Shown: positions 61,923 to 64,000 of the stretch, one piece after another
Layout of the letters: every line of letters starts with the position of its first letter
How positions within the stretch are numbered: the first letter of the stretch is position 1
Source of the DNA: Nitrospirota bacterium
GTDB lineage: Bacteria > Nitrospirota > UBA9217
Reading direction: 5' to 3'
NCBI GenBank assembly: GCA_963840455.1
Contig: CAWIYV010000010.1
Location: forward strand, 128,001 to 192,000
Length of the DNA: 64,000 bases
The notes under the pieces: generated by a model
Databases searched by the model: none
The model's input: the letters and a program-made list of their open reading frames with translations, nothing else
What the model was told of the DNA's origin: nothing
Program-made: the position numbers and the translations under genes

Positions 61923-62671
61923 ATGATGGCACGAGACCCGGTCGCGTCCAGGTTTTGCCATTGCAGTGCCTCCAGAAGATCGTTAAAGACATTATCCAGA
62001 GGAGCTTCAATGGTCAACAGCAGGCCGGCGTAAGGATGAACGAACTCGATCTCCCGTGCATGCAGCAGCAAGCGATGGCAATCGAACTGCTTTCGGAAAA
62101 AGTCATTATGCTTTCCGTCGCCAAAGGCAGTATCGCCGATGACCGGGTGAAAGATATGCTTCAGGTGGCGTCGTATCTGGTGGTTGCGGCCGGTGAGAGG
62201 CGACGCCTTGATGAGAGAATAGCGTGCCGTGGCGTAGCGGCCCACAGGATAGGGCAGTTCAACTGCCGCTAAGCGTCGATATTCGGTTACCGACTCTTTC
62301 CCGGGCTTGTCCCTGTCCGCGTTCTGGTCGATCATCCTGTCCCATTGGTCCTTGAGGGGATGATCGATGCGTTCGAATTCCTCGGTGAACCCCCGTACCA
62401 CTGCTAGATAGGACTTGCCGACCGTTCCGTCAGTAAAGGACTGCGTCATGCGCCGGGCGGTCTCTTTGTCCAGAGCGAACAGCAGGACCCCTGACGTGGC
62501 CTTATCGAGACGGTGGAAGGGGTAGACCCACTGCCCCAACTGGTTCCGGACGATGTGCATGGCATTTTCCGTTTCATGCCGGTCAAGGTTGGTGCGATGG
62601 ACCAGAAGGCCCGCGGGCTTGTTGACCGCGACCAGGTGTTCGTCCTGATAGAGTATGGGTAGGGATATCAT
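61919..62671 (-). CDS. truC: tRNA pseudouridine synthase C (RluA family)
   Basis: NKPAGLLVHR, HRLDKATSG, GRYATARYSL, TGRNHQIRRH. Confidence 0.85.
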   Translation of the reverse strand: MISLPILYQDEHLVAVNKPAGLLVHRTNLDRHETENAMHIVRNQLGQWVYPFHRLDKATSGVLLFALDKETARRMTQSFTDGTVGKSYLAVVRGFTEEFERIDHPLKDQWDRMIDQNADRDKPGKESVTEYRRLAAVELPYPVGRYATARYSLIKASPLTGRNHQIRRHLKHIFHPVIGDTAFGDGKHNDFFRKQFDCHRLLLHAREIEFVHPYAGLLLTIEAPLDNVFNDLLEALQWQNLDATGSRAII

Positions 62672-62755
62672 ACGGAATTTTCTCACGGCAACGTCATCGT
62701 TTCAAGATGTTTTAGCGCAGAGGATGCGAAGCGCAGAGATGACTCAACTACATGA

Positions 62756-63442
62756 TCAGCCTGCAGACTTGTCGGCCCTGTTCTTGCGGAACAATACAAC
62801 ATCATCATCAGGGATGATCAGGTCCGCATTCCATGCGGCGGCCAGCCAGGCAAAGGCCGCAGGAGAGAAAAAGCAGACATGCGTGAGATCGTTCTTATAA
62901 TACCAGCGGGGGAATGCGGCAGGTTCTGCAGCGAATTTTGTCATAATGCCCAGCCAGCCTCCGCACTTCAGGCAGGTCCACAGCCGATCAAGCTCCTTCC
63001 TGGGCTCACGCAGATGCTCCACCACCTCCGAGGCGGTTATGAAGTCGTATTGCAGGTCCAGCGCTGCGGGAGCATGCTCGTAATACTGGTCGAAGATCAT
63101 CATGGAATGCCCGACCTCTTCGAACATCCGGGAAAGCGTTGGCTCGGGACCTGAGCCGAAATCCAGGCCGCTGCTTCCTGGGGCCAGACGCTGCTTAAGG
63201 GGAATGAACAGGCGGCCTAAAAAACGGCGATAATCGGCATTGCCAGGAGAGTTCTGGTGCAGGTCGTACCGCTTCTTTTCGTCCTCTGCGGACAGGAACT
63301 GAGAGGGAGGAACGAATACCAGGCTGCACACTGTGCAGCGCAGGTAGTTCCGGCGCTTGTCCGTGGAGAATTCGCTGACGCCATGTGCCCGGCATAACGG
63401 GCAGGCGATCGTTTCAAGATTTATTCCCGATGAATATCTCAA
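62756..63442 (-). CDS. class I SAM-dependent methyltransferase with N-terminal zinc ribbon
   Basis: CPLC...CTVC, LDFGSG, EVVEH, DLTHVCFF. Confidence 0.87.
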   Translation of the reverse strand: MRYSSGINLETIACPLCRAHGVSEFSTDKRRNYLRCTVCSLVFVPPSQFLSAEDEKKRYDLHQNSPGNADYRRFLGRLFIPLKQRLAPGSSGLDFGSGPEPTLSRMFEEVGHSMMIFDQYYEHAPAALDLQYDFITASEVVEHLREPRKELDRLWTCLKCGGWLGIMTKFAAEPAAFPRWYYKNDLTHVCFFSPAAFAWLAAAWNADLIIPDDDVVLFRKNRADKSAG

Positions 63443-63525
63443 TGATCAATTCTGACCTCTTGCCATCGCTGCTCTGCATGATCTCGGAGCGGAATAGTAA
63501 TAAAACGCATCCGCGATCGCGGGAA

Positions 63526-64000
63526 CTATGGACAGCCCGGTCCTGATCTGCGCGACTGAGCTTCGACAAAATCGACCAGCAGCTGCTTGACCTCGGGAGC
63601 GACGTCCGTGAACATCAGTCCGTAGTGATAGCCCCCTTCTCCTGAAGTCTGTTGAGTGATCCTGACGATCTTGGCTGACGTCTGTATCCTTGTCGCATCG
63701 GAAAGATGGAACTGGCAGTACAACCGCGTGCCTTCAGCAATACGTTTTCTGGTCTCGATCAACATTCCCGTTGTGCTGATGTTCCGGGTGCGGCAGTAGA
63801 ACGCCTCGTTTCCGAAAAGGCCATCTACGGTCACGCCCGCAAGAACACGGATCGTCTCCCGGACGGCAATATCGAGGAGCTGCTGGGCCTTTGCCATGAA
63901 CAGGACGGGATGGAGCGGCTCGAGCAGTACCGCGTTCACCCTGCACCGCGAGCTTGCCTCGATCGCTTTTGGATCGTTCGCGCAGGACATAATGATCGAG
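63526..64000 (-). CDS. PilZ-domain protein (5' end beyond the window, probably with a receiver-like domain)
   Basis: RETIR, NISTTGM, YGLMF; similar architecture to 38254..39027. Confidence 0.75.
   Translation of the reverse strand, partial: SIIMSCANDPKAIEASSRCRVNAVLLEPLHPVLFMAKAQQLLDIAVRETIRVLAGVTVDGLFGNEAFYCRTRNISTTGMLIETRKRIAEGTRLYCQFHLSDATRIQTSAKIVRITQQTSGEGGYHYGLMFTDVAPEVKQLLVDFVEAQSRRSGPGCP

Overview
GC-rich bacterial chromosomal window with anaerobe-type gene content (a Nitrospirota/Desulfobacterota-like host is my inference). Core genes include htpG, groES-groEL with a CIRCE box, ctpA-envC-ftsX-ftsE, a split transketolase, tRNA-Leu(CAA), corA, a 2-oxoacid:ferredoxin oxidoreductase and truC. 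Accessory material is interleaved: (i) a roughly 10 kb hotspot downstream of groEL/htpG where degenerate copies of the groEL 3' end plus its terminator recur between unrelated cargo genes, often next to REP-like motifs; (ii) a tRNA-Leu-linked islet with an integrase remnant, an Ig-repeat surface lipoprotein and an envelope-modification cluster ending at a truncated mscL; (iii) five loci of a palindromic ~112-160 bp element resembling non-autonomous IS200/IS605 elements. Two genes missing from the ORF track stand out: a 20-aa Cys-rich peptide (MSIKKVAKTAATTCKCKSSC) with its own promoter, RBS and terminator directly after an RRE/SPASM-type radical SAM gene (candidate RiPP system), and a glutaredoxin-like selenoprotein with two in-frame UGA codons. 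A GEMM-I cyclic-dinucleotide riboswitch precedes a DUF1579-like gene. Four genes (groEL, ArnT-like, macrodomain, hybrid kinase) carry single-base frameshifts that are probably consensus errors. All family assignments are from motif recognition by eye; no searches were run.
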